Virus record (IMG/VR): IMGVR_UViG_3300035501_000483 | DNA: 33,526 nt | From: a virus | Reading direction: 5' to 3' (one strand) | Part shown: in pieces, positions 18,200 to 28,478 of the stretch | How positions within the stretch are numbered: the first letter of the stretch is position 1 | How the letters are laid out: each line of letters begins with the position of its first letter | Position numbers and translations under genes: made by a program | Notes under the pieces: generated by a model | What the model saw: the letters and a program-made list of their open reading frames with translations, nothing else | Databases searched by the model: none | What the model was told of the DNA's origin: nothing

Positions 18200-18723
18200 A
18201 TGTCCGAATTAAATGTTTTTTCTAGTGGACAAAAAATCACAGCGCAAGAAATAAATGAAAATTTTTCAATTTTACAAGGAGGAATTAGTGTGAATGCAAA
18301 GATCGTTGGAACGGTACACGGGGGGGGGCTCCTACTAGCAGTAACTCATCACTTTCTGTAACATTACCCACTACAGATTATGATTTTTTAACTATTAGAT
18401 TAAGATATCCTGATATAGCAAAATACACTGCCCCCCCCAATACTAATTATGGCTCCTATGCTATAGGTAGTTTTGTTTCAAATAGTGATATCTGTACTAT
18501 AATAAAACCTTCTTCTTCATATACTTTTTATTTAAAAATTCCTTCATACGATAGTGGATATACGTTAAAAATTTATAATAATATATTAATAGGAAACGGA
18601 GAAAATGCTACTGGGACACTCGATAATGATACTTTAACAATATCAAACCTTTATAGAATTGGAGTATATTATTAGGACCCTTTGACTTACACTATCGAAG
18701 TAATCCAATACAAATATTCTTAA
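18200..18723 (+). CDS. Tail-fibre/receptor-binding-like protein, paralogue 3. It requires a -1 shift at a G9 tract (18320-18328) and contains an in-frame TAG.
   Basis: RBS AAGGAGG. The N-terminus MSELNVFSSGQKITAQEINENF and C-terminus YTIEVIQYKYS are paralogous to the 17635 gene. A zero-frame stop occurs 10 codons after the G9 run. The -1 frame carries the conserved remainder, including a C8 tract at about 18431-18438. Confidence 0.45.
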
Positions 18724-18761
18724 GGAACAGATTTTACAAATCTGTTCCTTAATTTTTTTTA
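18722..18761 (+). terminator. Rho-independent terminator.
   Basis: AAGGAACAGATT-ttacaa-ATCTGTTCCTT hairpin plus a T8 run. Confidence 0.75.
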
Positions 18762-18784
18762 TCTAACTCTATAGAGTTAGATAT

Positions 18785-18812
18785 TGATTTTCCTAAAAAT
18801 CTTTGATATAAT
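18785..18812 (+). promoter_or_regulatory. Sigma-A-type promoter (TTGATT, 16 bp, TGATATAAT).
   Basis: Member of the repeated promoter family. Confidence 0.55.
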
Positions 18813-19078
18813 ATATATAGTAATAAAAGAAGAAGTAAATTTTAAAGGAGAGTAATTCTTATTTGTAATTATAATATTATCCATCTCGATGTAGGTGATA
18901 CTCTAATTGCTCATATAACTGATGAAGTTAATATAGAATAGGCTAAAGAAATATATGATTATTTAAGTAGAATATTTCCTAATAATAATATATGTATGCT
19001 ATAGGATTATTTAATTTCAGGATTAACTGTTGTAAAAAACAAAGACTTAAATGGAAATATATTTCTATAGGAGAATAT

Positions 19079-19567
19079 ATGATTATATACACAGATGGTT
19101 CTTGTCGAAAAAATGGCAAAGAATCTAATCAAGGTGGATTCGGAGTAGTTGTACTTGACAATAATGAAAATTTAATATACAATTATAGTAAGAGTTGTGA
19201 AAATACAACTAATAATAGAGAAGAAATCAAAGCTATATTATATAGCTTTTTTAAATATGGAGTAAACATTAATAAAGAAGAATTTACTAATGATATTCCT
19301 ATTGTATATAGTGATTCTAATTATTGTGTTCAAACATTTAATCAATGGATGTTCAATTGGGCACAAAATAATTGGATTAAATCTGATAAAAAGCAACCAG
19401 AAAATCTTGACTTAATTCAAGCATATTATGATTGGTATCAAAAAGGTTATAGAATTGATTTAAGAAAAGTAAAAGCTCACACAGGACAAAAGGATTTTAA
19501 CTATTATGCAGACATGTTAGCTACTGGAAAAATGAGTTCTGAAGAGGTGAATAAAATAAATGGATAA
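19079..19567 (+). CDS. rnhA: Ribonuclease H (RNase HI).
   Basis: MIIYTDGSC..., ...SDSNY, ...KAHTGQKDFNYYADMLA (DEDD/H motifs). RBS AGGAGAA. Confidence 0.75.
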   Translation: MIIYTDGSCRKNGKESNQGGFGVVVLDNNENLIYNYSKSCENTTNNREEIKAILYSFFKYGVNINKEEFTNDIPIVYSDSNYCVQTFNQWMFNWAQNNWIKSDKKQPENLDLIQAYYDWYQKGYRIDLRKVKAHTGQKDFNYYADMLATGKMSSEEVNKING

Positions 19568-21455
19568 TAAAAAATTATATGATGAAAATTCAATCGTAAG
19601 CCTTGATCCAAGAGAATTTACTAGACTTAGACCTGGCGTATATGTTGGCTCTACTGAATATTCAACTCAACTTTTAATTGAAATTGTATCTAATGCAATT
19701 GATGAGTATAAAGCTGGACATGGAGATACTATTCAAGTTGCTATTGGAGAAGATAACAGTATTCGAGTAGAAGATAATGGCCAAGGTTTTTTGATTAATT
19801 CCAAAAGAGAAGATGGAAAAACCATTCTCGAAGCAGCTTTTAGTGTTCTAAATACAAGTGGTAAGTATAGTGAAGATGGCGTTTATGAAGGTACAGCTTT
19901 AGGCTTGAATGGTATCGGTAGTAAATTGCCAACTTTTTTGTCTCATTGGCTTGAAGTAATTACTTATAGAGACGGACAATTTGAACAAATCACATTTGAA
20001 GAAGGTATTTTTAAGAATAGAAAAGTTGGAGAATGCTCTGATAAAAATTCTGGTACCATAGTTCATTGGTTGCCTAGTGAAGAGTTTTTTACTCATATAG
20101 AAGTCGATAATAATGTTATTAAAAATTTATTTTCAGTATTAGTTTGCTTATGTCCTGGATTAAAAATCGTTTATGAAGAAAAAGGTAATAAAACTGAATA
20201 TTATTCTAAAAACGGTTTGAATGATTTGGTTGACAAAGCTGTTCAAAATAAAGAAATTCTTAGAAATCGTTTTTCTATGAATTTTTCTGAAGGTAAAAAT
20301 AAATTAGATTTAGTTCTTACTTATACTGATTCTTATTCAGCTACTATTGTTCCTTATGTAAATACAGGCTTAACTGATAGCGGTCCTCATATTACACAAA
20401 TTAAAACTTTATTAACCAGAGAGATGAATAAGTTCTTTAGAGATAAAGGATGGCTTAAAGATAAAGATGAAAATTTTTCTGGTGAAGATATAAATGAAGG
20501 ACTTTATATGGTATTTAATATGACAGCTCCAGGAGTAGCATATGATGCTCAAACGAAATCCAGAGTAGTTAAGCTGGATACACATCCTTTTACTGCAGCC
20601 ATTGTTGAAGAATTGCAATATTGGCTTGCCAATAATGAAAAAGAAATTAAAAAGATAGCGGAAAAGGCATTAAATGCACGCAAGGCTCGTGAAGCTGCTC
20701 GTAAAGCTAGAGATTTGGCGCGAGGAGTTAAAACTAAAAAAGAATCAGGATTAAAAGCAAAAATGCAACTTAGCAATAAGTTCATTGATTGCTCTAATAA
20801 AAATCCCAATCAACGCAATTTACTTCTTGTAGAAGGATTGTCTGCAGGATCTGCCGCTGTTGAAGCTAGGAACCCTAAAACTGATTGTATTTATATGTTA
20901 AGAGGTAAAACAGTGTCTCCGCTAAAACAAAGTGTTGATAAAATTCTAGCTAATCAAGAAATGAGCGATATTATTCGTGTTATTGGCGCAGGATTTAACA
21001 ATGATTTTGAAATTGATAAAATGAATTTTGATAAAATTGTTATTACAAGTGACCAAGATGCTGATGGCATGAGTATTGAATTGCTTTTGACTACATTTTT
21101 TTACACCTATATGCGTCCTCTAGTTGAATCTGGTAAGTTATATAGAGCTGTTACACCATTATATATTATTCGTCAAAAAGGTAATGAATATTACTGTTAT
21201 ACTGATGATGAGCTTGAAGAGTGGAAAAAATCTCATAATGGCAGTTTTGATCTTCTTAGAGCAAAAGGTTTAGGAGAATTAAATGCGGCTGATTTGCAGA
21301 AAGTATGTTTTGAACAAGAAAGGTTTAAACGTATTACTGTTTCAGATGCTAAAAAAACTACTCAACTATTGGAAGTTCTCATGGGTAGTGCTGTTGAACC
21401 TCGCAAGAGATATATTTATGAAAATGCTACAGAACTTGGATTTAACTTTGATTAA
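19560..21455 (+). CDS. gyrB: Type II topoisomerase ATPase subunit (GyrB/ParE-like).
   Basis: N-terminus YDENSIVSLDPREFTRLRPGVYVGS, GHKL ATPase and TOPRIM (EGLSAGSA...) motifs. 631 aa, typical Gram-positive length. Confidence 0.85.
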   Translation: MDNKKLYDENSIVSLDPREFTRLRPGVYVGSTEYSTQLLIEIVSNAIDEYKAGHGDTIQVAIGEDNSIRVEDNGQGFLINSKREDGKTILEAAFSVLNTSGKYSEDGVYEGTALGLNGIGSKLPTFLSHWLEVITYRDGQFEQITFEEGIFKNRKVGECSDKNSGTIVHWLPSEEFFTHIEVDNNVIKNLFSVLVCLCPGLKIVYEEKGNKTEYYSKNGLNDLVDKAVQNKEILRNRFSMNFSEGKNKLDLVLTYTDSYSATIVPYVNTGLTDSGPHITQIKTLLTREMNKFFRDKGWLKDKDENFSGEDINEGLYMVFNMTAPGVAYDAQTKSRVVKLDTHPFTAAIVEELQYWLANNEKEIKKIAEKALNARKAREAARKARDLARGVKTKKESGLKAKMQLSNKFIDCSNKNPNQRNLLLVEGLSAGSAAVEARNPKTDCIYMLRGKTVSPLKQSVDKILANQEMSDIIRVIGAGFNNDFEIDKMNFDKIVITSDQDADGMSIELLLTTFFYTYMRPLVESGKLYRAVTPLYIIRQKGNEYYCYTDDELEEWKKSHNGSFDLLRAKGLGELNAADLQKVCFEQERFKRITVSDAKKTTQLLEVLMGSAVEPRKRYIYENATELGFNFD

Positions 21456-21466
21456 GGAGAAAATAT

Positions 21467-23848
21467 ATGAGTCTAATAACAGAAGTAGATATTCTTGATG
21501 AAGCTAAAGAAAATTTCTTGACATATGCAGAAGAAGTCTTAACTGATAGAGCCATTCCAGCGGCGGAAGATGGTCTTTTAAGTGCTCAAAGAAAAATTCT
21601 ATGGACAATGGAAGATTATCTTAATATGAGCAATAAGAGTAAAACAAAAAAGTGTAATGCGATAGTAGGATCGACTCTTTCAACATCATACTATCACGGG
21701 GATGCTTCTTGCTATGGCGTTCTTTGTAAAATGTCTCAAGAGTATCTTATGAGGTATCCTTTAATTCAGGGGCAAGGATCTCTTGGAACGCAAGAAAATA
21801 ATGAAATGGTCGCGTCCAGTCGTTACACAGAGGCCAGACCTTCTGCATATGCTGATATTATGATGAACGACTTTAAAAAGAATGTTGTTCCTCTGAAAGA
21901 AACGTACAATGGAGAGTTTATGGAACCTGTTGTTCTACCTGCGCTTTTCCCTAATGCGATCTGTAATGGCAGACAAGCGATCGGTATTTCCATGGCACAT
22001 AATAGTGCACCGCACAATTTAACAGAAGTATGTAATGCAGCAATTGCATTAATCCAAAAAGGAAATTTAACAGTTGATGAAATTCTTACTTATATTCCTG
22101 GCCCTGATTTTCCTCTTGGAGGCACTGTTTTAAATAAAAAAGATATTAAAGAAGCATTTGCTACTGGTAAATCCAATGTTTCTTTAAAAATTCAAGGCGA
22201 TTATGAAATTGATGGCCAAAAAATTATTTTTACAACAATTCCATATAGAACTTATAGAAATAAAATTAAAGAGCAAATTGAAAAAAATATTGATGTATTA
22301 AGCGAAATTATTGATGATTTTGATGATAATTCTAATATTGGGCAAAATAGATTAGTATTTTATGTAAAAGACGGCATTTCACCTGCTAAAGCTATTAATA
22401 AATTATTCGCTTTAACAGATTTACAAACCACTTTGTCATATAATATGAACTATATTGTTAATGGCACTCCTAAATTATGTTCTATGTTAAACCTATTACA
22501 AACTTATATAAATCATCAAGAAAATGTACTTATTAAAGCAACTGAATTTGATAAAGAAAAAGCTGAAGCAAGAGCACATATTTTAAAAGGTTTGATTGCC
22601 GCAGTCGATAAGATTGATGAAGTTATTAAATTAATTAAAGAATCTGCGGGAAGAGCTGAAGCTAAAGAAAAGCTAATTAGTTTTTTATCTATTGATGATA
22701 TTCAAGCAAGCGCAATCTTAGATATGAAGCTTGGTAAACTAACTCGAATTGATAAAGAAGAATTAGTTAATGAATTAACTGAAAAAGAAAAATTTATTGC
22801 TTATTGTATTGAAGTTCTAACTAATAAAGAAATTAGAAATCAAGAGTTGATTTCTCGTATTACTAAATTGCGTGATACATATGGTGATGAACGTAGAACG
22901 AAAATTATTCAAGCTGAGACTTCAAAAGATGAAGATGAAACTGCATATGTTGAACCTGAAAAGTGCGTTGTTGTAATGACAGAAAGCGGTTTAATTAAGC
23001 GTGTGCCGACCGCATCTTTCCGCACTCAGCGTCGCAATGGCAAGGGTGTCCGCACGCAAGATGATATTACATCTATGGTTATCCGCACTAATACAATTGA
23101 TTCACTAATGGTATTCACTGACCAAGGAAGAATGTATCGTTTACTTGTAAATGATATTCCTGTTGGAAATAATACGGCAAAAGGCCAATCTGTTAAGTCT
23201 CTAATTGCAATGGAAACAGATGAAAATCCTACTGTAATTTACTCTATCTATAGAGATACAGATGCTAAATATGTTTTATTTACAACAAAGAATGGTCTTG
23301 TCAAGAAAACATCTTTGGATGAATATGTCAAAACTAAGAAAAAGACAGGCATTGCAGCCATTAATATTAAAGATGGTGATGAACTTGTTTCTGTGAATTT
23401 GATTAAAGATGAGCCTGTTGTAATTATCACTAAGAACGGTTATGCTATTAAGTTTAATTCTAATGAGATAGGACAAACATCTCGTACCACTTCTGGAGTA
23501 AAAGGTATTAACTTAAATGATGATGATAGTGTTATCACTACTTTGGTAGTAAGACATAATAGTGATAATTTAGCAATTATTTCTGAGCAAGGTCTTGGTA
23601 AGCAATTTGCTTTAAATGAAATTACTCTCCAGAAGCGAGCAGGTAAGGGATTGATGTGTTATAAACCTTCTACTGCAAGTGGTAATGTAGCTGCGGCAGC
23701 TCTTATTTGTGATGAAGATAATATCTTAATTTGTGGGGATAAGAATTCTTTGTGCATTGCCGCTAAAGAGATTCCTACTCTTGGAAGAGCTTCTATTGGG
23801 AATCAATTAATCAAGAGTAATAAAGTTAAATCTATTAGCAAAGTATAA
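21467..23848 (+). CDS. gyrA: Type II topoisomerase DNA breakage-reunion subunit (GyrA/ParC-like).
   Basis: AIPAAEDGLLSAQRKILW with active-site SSRYTEAR. RBS AAGGAG. Confidence 0.85.
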   Translation: MSLITEVDILDEAKENFLTYAEEVLTDRAIPAAEDGLLSAQRKILWTMEDYLNMSNKSKTKKCNAIVGSTLSTSYYHGDASCYGVLCKMSQEYLMRYPLIQGQGSLGTQENNEMVASSRYTEARPSAYADIMMNDFKKNVVPLKETYNGEFMEPVVLPALFPNAICNGRQAIGISMAHNSAPHNLTEVCNAAIALIQKGNLTVDEILTYIPGPDFPLGGTVLNKKDIKEAFATGKSNVSLKIQGDYEIDGQKIIFTTIPYRTYRNKIKEQIEKNIDVLSEIIDDFDDNSNIGQNRLVFYVKDGISPAKAINKLFALTDLQTTLSYNMNYIVNGTPKLCSMLNLLQTYINHQENVLIKATEFDKEKAEARAHILKGLIAAVDKIDEVIKLIKESAGRAEAKEKLISFLSIDDIQASAILDMKLGKLTRIDKEELVNELTEKEKFIAYCIEVLTNKEIRNQELISRITKLRDTYGDERRTKIIQAETSKDEDETAYVEPEKCVVVMTESGLIKRVPTASFRTQRRNGKGVRTQDDITSMVIRTNTIDSLMVFTDQGRMYRLLVNDIPVGNNTAKGQSVKSLIAMETDENPTVIYSIYRDTDAKYVLFTTKNGLVKKTSLDEYVKTKKKTGIAAINIKDGDELVSVNLIKDEPVVIITKNGYAIKFNSNEIGQTSRTTSGVKGINLNDDDSVITTLVVRHNSDNLAIISEQGLGKQFALNEITLQKRAGKGLMCYKPSTASGNVAAAALICDEDNILICGDKNSLCIAAKEIPTLGRASIGNQLIKSNKVKSISKV

Positions 23849-23852
23849 TCGT

Positions 23853-23890
23853 AAGGGGAAGTGTTTGTGCTTCCCCTTATTGATTTTTCT
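23853..23890 (+). terminator. Rho-independent terminator.
   Basis: AAGGGGAAG-tgtttgtg-CTTCCCCTT hairpin plus T-run. Confidence 0.7.
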
Positions 23891-23908
23891 AAAAAAATAA
23901 AGTATAAT
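23879..23908 (+). promoter_or_regulatory. Sigma-A-type promoter (TTGATT, 18 bp, TATAAT).
   Basis: Promoter family motif ahead of the ligase gene. Confidence 0.5.
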
Positions 23909-23944
23909 ATATATATGATTAAAGAAGAAAAGGAAAAAAATCAT

Positions 23945-25891
23945 ATGGAAGTCTTAGATAAATTAGTATCTTTAATTGATTATTTGAATGCGCGGACTGC
24001 AGAATATGATGAAGGACATCCTACAATTTCTGATAAAGAATATGATGATAAATATTTTGAACTTGTCGCATTAGAGACTAAATTAGGATGTACTTTTAAC
24101 ACTTCTCCAACACAAAAGATTATATATAATACAGTAAATGCTCTTGAAAAGGTTGAACATAGTCATCCTATGCTTTCTCTTGACAAGACTAAAGATATTG
24201 AAGATGTAAAATCTTTTGTTGGTAAGAACACTGTCCTTGCCATGTGTAAGATGGATGGTCTTACTTGTTCTTTAACTTATCAAGGTGGAAAATTAGTAAA
24301 AGCAGAAACTCGTGGTAATGGAACTATTGGTGAAAATGTATTACATAATGCAAAAGTAATTCCTACGATTCCTAAGTATATTCCGTATAGAGATACATTA
24401 GTTATTGATGGAGAAATTATTTGCACTTGGGATGATTTTGCTGATTTTTCTAAAGACTATAAGAATCCTCGTAACTTTGCGGCAGGAAGTATTCGGCTTC
24501 TTGAAGCATCAGAGTGCGAAAAACGCAAATTGACTTTTGTCGCTTGGGATGTAATTGAAGGGTTTAATGAACATAATAGTTTATCTGAAAAGTTAAATTA
24601 TCTTCAGGCTCTCCGTTTTTTAGTGGCACCTTTTATTAAATTTGCAGAAGATGTTGTTAATGAAGTAGTAAATGCTCCTAATATGATTATGTCTTTGGCG
24701 CAGATTAAAAAGTATCCCATTGATGGTGTAGTTTTTAAGTTTGATGATATTGAGTATGGAAAATCTCTTGGTTCTACAGCCCATCATTTTAAAAATGCTA
24801 TTGCTTATAAGTTCTATGATGAAACTTATGAAACTAAGTTAATTGATATAGAATGGACTATGGGAAGAACTGGAATTTTAACTCCAGTAGCAATTTTTGA
24901 ACCTATTGAAATTGATGGTTCTACTATTGAAAGATCAAGTTTACATAATATTAGTATTATGAGAGAGACTTTAGGTAAATCATATAAAGGCCAAAAAGTA
25001 TGGGTCTCAAAAAGAAATATGATTATTCCTCAAATTGAATTTGCCGATAAAGAAGAGCCTAATATTTCAGTAGAATACTTTGAAATTCCTCAAATCTGTC
25101 CAATTTGCGGCGGTAGTGTTGAAATCCAAGAGTCAGATTCTAGTACAAAAAACCTTGTTTGCGTAAATCCGCAATGTCAAGGAAAACTTATTAATCAACT
25201 TGACCATTTTTGTGGAAAAAAAGGATTAGATATTAAAGGTCTTTCTCTTGCAACTTTAGATAAGTTAGTTGATTGGGGCTGGGTTAATAATATTTCTGAT
25301 ATTATGATTCTTTCTAATCATAGGAATGAATGGATTCAGAAGCCTGGCTTTGGAGAAAAATCTGTAGATAAAATTCTTGACGCTATTGAAAATGCAAAAA
25401 ATCCTACTTTAGATACTTTTATTGCAAGTTTAGGGATTCCTCTCATTGGGAGAACTGTGTCTAAAGAGTTGATTAAGCATATTGATAGTTATGAAGACTT
25501 TGTCCAAAAGGCGCAAGAAAAATTTGATTTTTCTGCATATGATGGATTTGCGGAAAGTAAAACAAATGCTATTTGGGAATTTGATTTTACAGAAGCTAAT
25601 AAAGTTTATCAATATCTTTCTATTGGAACAGTAGTTACCAACACAGAGCAATCAAATAATTGTAAGGATTTAAAGATTGTAATTACTGGGAAACTCCAAC
25701 AATTTAAAAACCGAGATGCTTTAAAAAAGTACATTGAAGAGCGTGGAGGCAAGGTAGTAGATTCTGTTAGCAAGAATACAACTTATTTAATTAATAATGA
25801 TGTAAATTCTACTTCGTCCAAGAATCAAACTGCTAAAAAACTGGGAATTCCGATTCTCACAGAACAAGAATTTGTTGAAAAATTTTCTTAA
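23945..25891 (+). CDS. ligA: NAD-dependent DNA ligase (LigA).
   Basis: KMDGL adenylation motif, CPICGGS...C zinc finger, HhH and C-terminal BRCT-like region. The N-terminus MEVLDKL...EYDEGHPTISDKEYD matches the LigA Ia domain. The ORF-track start at 23861 was rejected. Confidence 0.85.
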   Translation: MEVLDKLVSLIDYLNARTAEYDEGHPTISDKEYDDKYFELVALETKLGCTFNTSPTQKIIYNTVNALEKVEHSHPMLSLDKTKDIEDVKSFVGKNTVLAMCKMDGLTCSLTYQGGKLVKAETRGNGTIGENVLHNAKVIPTIPKYIPYRDTLVIDGEIICTWDDFADFSKDYKNPRNFAAGSIRLLEASECEKRKLTFVAWDVIEGFNEHNSLSEKLNYLQALRFLVAPFIKFAEDVVNEVVNAPNMIMSLAQIKKYPIDGVVFKFDDIEYGKSLGSTAHHFKNAIAYKFYDETYETKLIDIEWTMGRTGILTPVAIFEPIEIDGSTIERSSLHNISIMRETLGKSYKGQKVWVSKRNMIIPQIEFADKEEPNISVEYFEIPQICPICGGSVEIQESDSSTKNLVCVNPQCQGKLINQLDHFCGKKGLDIKGLSLATLDKLVDWGWVNNISDIMILSNHRNEWIQKPGFGEKSVDKILDAIENAKNPTLDTFIASLGIPLIGRTVSKELIKHIDSYEDFVQKAQEKFDFSAYDGFAESKTNAIWEFDFTEANKVYQYLSIGTVVTNTEQSNNCKDLKIVITGKLQQFKNRDALKKYIEERGGKVVDSVSKNTTYLINNDVNSTSSKNQTAKKLGIPILTEQEFVEKFS

Positions 25892-25896
25892 AATTC

Positions 25897-25926
25897 TTGA
25901 CTTATAAAAATTTTTTTGATATAATA
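25897..25926 (+). promoter_or_regulatory. Sigma-A-type promoter (TTGACT, 18 bp, TGATATAAT).
   Basis: aaattcttgacttataaaaa...tgatataat. Duplicated about 250 bp downstream. Confidence 0.55.
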
Positions 25927-25957
25927 TACTTGTAAATAAGGAAGAGAAAAAAATTCT

Positions 25958-26149
25958 ATGAAAAGAAAAGAGTTAAAGAATTTGGCCTAGCGTATTGCAA
26001 AGCTTGAAATGATTGTTCAAACTAGCAACGATACAAAGGCTATATCCAAGGCTCAAGAAGACATTATGGAATTGTCTGGCCATGTTCATGCAATTGAAGA
26101 TATGATTCTTGTTGATGAAATGGTTCAAGAAATTTTAGAAAAAAATTCT
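25958..26149 (+). CDS. Small hypothetical protein (62 aa) with one in-frame TAG read as sense.
   Basis: RBS AAGGAAGAG. The frame is intact across TAG (25988-25990) to TGA. Embedded in a duplicated promoter unit. Confidence 0.35.
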
Positions 26150-26177
26150 TGACTTAAAAAGAATTTTTTGATATAAT
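26149..26177 (+). promoter_or_regulatory. Sigma-A-type promoter (TTGACT, 17 bp, TGATATAAT).
   Basis: Near-identical copy of the 25897 promoter. Confidence 0.55.
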
Positions 26178-26238
26178 ATTTACATAAGCTAAAAAGCAAA
26201 TAAATAATTATTAAATATAAAAAAGGAGAAATTTTACA

Positions 26239-26508
26239 ATGGCTATGAAGCAAAACAGTAAGCTCGTACTTAATTATCTGAAGGAAGTTAATGGTTCTAA
26301 TGTGACTGCAGCAGATGTTGCTGAGGCTCTGGGTCTTGAGAAGCGTTCTGTTGATGGTATTTTCACCTCTGCTATTCAGCGTAAGGGTCTGGGTGTGCGT
26401 ACTCCCGCTGAGATTGAGCTGGAGGATGGTACACATAAGGCAGTGAAATTCTTGTCTCTGACTCCCGCAGGTCTGGCTTTTGATCCCGATGCGGCTGATG
26501 CTGAGTAA
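26239..26508 (+). CDS. Small GC-rich hypothetical protein (89 aa).
   Basis: RBS AAAGGAG. Codon usage is distinct from AT-rich neighbours. Confidence 0.5.
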   Translation: MAMKQNSKLVLNYLKEVNGSNVTAADVAEALGLEKRSVDGIFTSAIQRKGLGVRTPAEIELEDGTHKAVKFLSLTPAGLAFDPDAADAE

Positions 26509-26525
26509 TTTTTAACATAAATTTA

Positions 26526-26560
26526 AAAGGGAGTAGAATAATTTAATTCTACTCCCTTTT
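26526..26560 (+). terminator. Rho-independent terminator.
   Basis: AAGGGAGTAGAAT-aattt-AATTCTACTCCCTT hairpin plus T-run. Confidence 0.75.
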
Positions 26561-26579
26561 ACCTTCTAAGGAGAAAAAA

Positions 26580-27536
26580 TTGATTGGAATAATTTGTCTG
26601 TTGATTGGACTTATAATAGGCGCGATTGTTGTATATACAATTCAACAGCCAAAGGTGAAAACAACTTAGAAACTTGATACAGAGATAATAAAATAGAATC
26701 AAGCTTTATAGGTTGAATTAGCGTCTTTGAGTACTAAAAAAGAAGAAGTCCAATCAAGCATTTAGTCTTTAAAAGAACAAGCAAATACTGCTGCTGAAGA
26801 ATTTAATAAAAATGCAAAAGAACTTGCAGAAGAAAAATTTAAAAAACAAATTGCTTCTATGGATAAAGCTTGCGAAATTCATTAGAGAGAATGCAATTCT
26901 CAATATTTGGAAATTTTGGAAGATTTAGCCAGCAGCACCCAAAAGTAGATTCAATCTTATAAAGATTCAGTTATAAATTATGAAACTACTATAAAATAGC
27001 TTGAATCAAAAATTAAAGACCAAGAAGCTATTATGTCTGCGGCAGTCGCTGTAAATATACGAGCCGCAGAAATGGATAATAAACAAGATTTTTACCGTTT
27101 AAATCTTTCTTCTGAAGATATAAGTGAAATTAAACGATTAAGAGAAGTAACTCCTTATTTAAGAAATAGTGAACCTCTTAATAAAGTAATCTGGAAAACT
27201 TATTATGAAAAAGCTTATACTGATTTAATTGGACGAGTTGTTGGCTCTGGAGTCCATACTGGTATTTATAAGATAACCAATATTGAAAATAAGATGTGTT
27301 ATGTCGGATAGAGTGTGGATATCGCCGAACGGTGGAAGCAGCACATTAAGCGTGGTATTGGCGCAGAAGCCCCAACTCGCAATAAGTTGTATCCAGCTAT
27401 GCTTGCTGTTGGAGTTGAAAATTTTACTTTTGAAATTATTGAAGAATGTGATCGCTCTTTATTAAATGAAAGAGAGCAATACTGGACTAGCTTTTTAAAA
27501 GCCAAAGAGTTCGGATATAGTATGAGAAGTGGTTAA
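26580..27536 (+). CDS. GIY-YIG homing-endonuclease-like protein with an N-terminal TM helix and coiled coil. Eight in-frame TAGs are read as sense.
   Basis: TTG start 7 nt after AAGGAG. A single frame is maintained over 318 codons only if TAG is sense. C-terminal GIYKITNIENKMCYVG-Q-SVDIAERWKQH is a GIY-YIG motif. Confidence 0.55.
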
Positions 27537-27538
27537 AA

Positions 27539-28465
27539 ATGCCGAAATTAAAAGATTTAACAGGATAGAGTTTTGGAAGATTAGTAGTATTATATCAAGC
27601 TGATTCTAAAAATAAACGAGTTTATTGGCATTGCCGGTGTTCTTGTGGAAGAGAAATTGATATACGAGCTGATAGTTTAACTAGCGGTAATACTGTTAGT
27701 TGCGGTTGCTATCTTAAAGAGACAGCCTCAAGATTAGGGAAAAAATTAAAATTAGATTTAACAGGACAAAGGTTTAATAGATTAATAGTATTAGAAGAAG
27801 ATTTTTCAAAAAAACGAGTTGCTTGGAAGTGTTAGTGTGATTGTGGGAATACAACGATAGTTACATCTGATGCTTTAAGAGGCGGTACAACTTAGAGTTG
27901 TGGATGCCTTTAGAGAGAAAGAGCTATTGAGGCAAATAAAAAAGAAATTCATACTCCACGAATAAATATTATCAATAAACGTTTTGGTAAATTAACTGTT
28001 ATTGAAATCTATAAATATCAAGATAATGATATGTTTTATAAATGTAGGTGTGATTGTGGTAATATAGCAATAGTTAGTGGCACACATCTTAGAAGTGGTC
28101 ATACTTTATCATGTGGTTGTATAAAAAGTTCTTATTACGCTTCTTTAATAGGTAATATTTTAGAAGAATTAAACATCCCATATGAGAAAGAACGTACTTT
28201 TAAAACCTGCATAAATCCAAAAACTAATAATAAATTAAGATTTGATTTCTATATAGATAATAAAATTTTATTAGAATATGATGGTATTTAGCATTTCAAA
28301 GATTCACCAATATTAAAAGAATATTAGTATAGAGATAATATAAAAAATGAATGGTGTAAGCAAGAAGGAATTCCTTTAATAAGAATTTCTTATAAAGAAA
28401 ATAAAAATATCAATATAGATTATATAAAAAGTATTCTTAAAGAATACGGATATAGTATAAAATAA
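27539..28465 (+). CDS. Homing-endonuclease-like protein with a triple W-x-C-x-C-x-CG...SCGC zinc-ribbon repeat and a C-terminal Vsr/PD-(D/E)xK-like domain. Six in-frame TAGs are read as sense.
   Basis: ATG 2 nt after the upstream stop. Three repeats: WHCRCSCG...SCGC, WKC(TAG)CDCG...SCGC and YKCRCDCG...SCGC. One TAG occupies the position held by Arg in the two sister repeats. Confidence 0.5.
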
Positions 28466-28478
28466 AGGAGAATACTAT

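Noticed and set aside
18992-19078. ORF-track N-terminal extension of RNase H (start 18992).
   Set aside because: The canonical RNase HI N-terminus (MIIYTDGSC) with its RBS begins at 19079. The extension has no RBS and overlaps an upstream low-complexity region.
23861-23944. ORF-track start of ligA at 23861.
   Set aside because: It lies inside the gyrA terminator and promoter. The conserved LigA N-terminus starts at ATG 23945.
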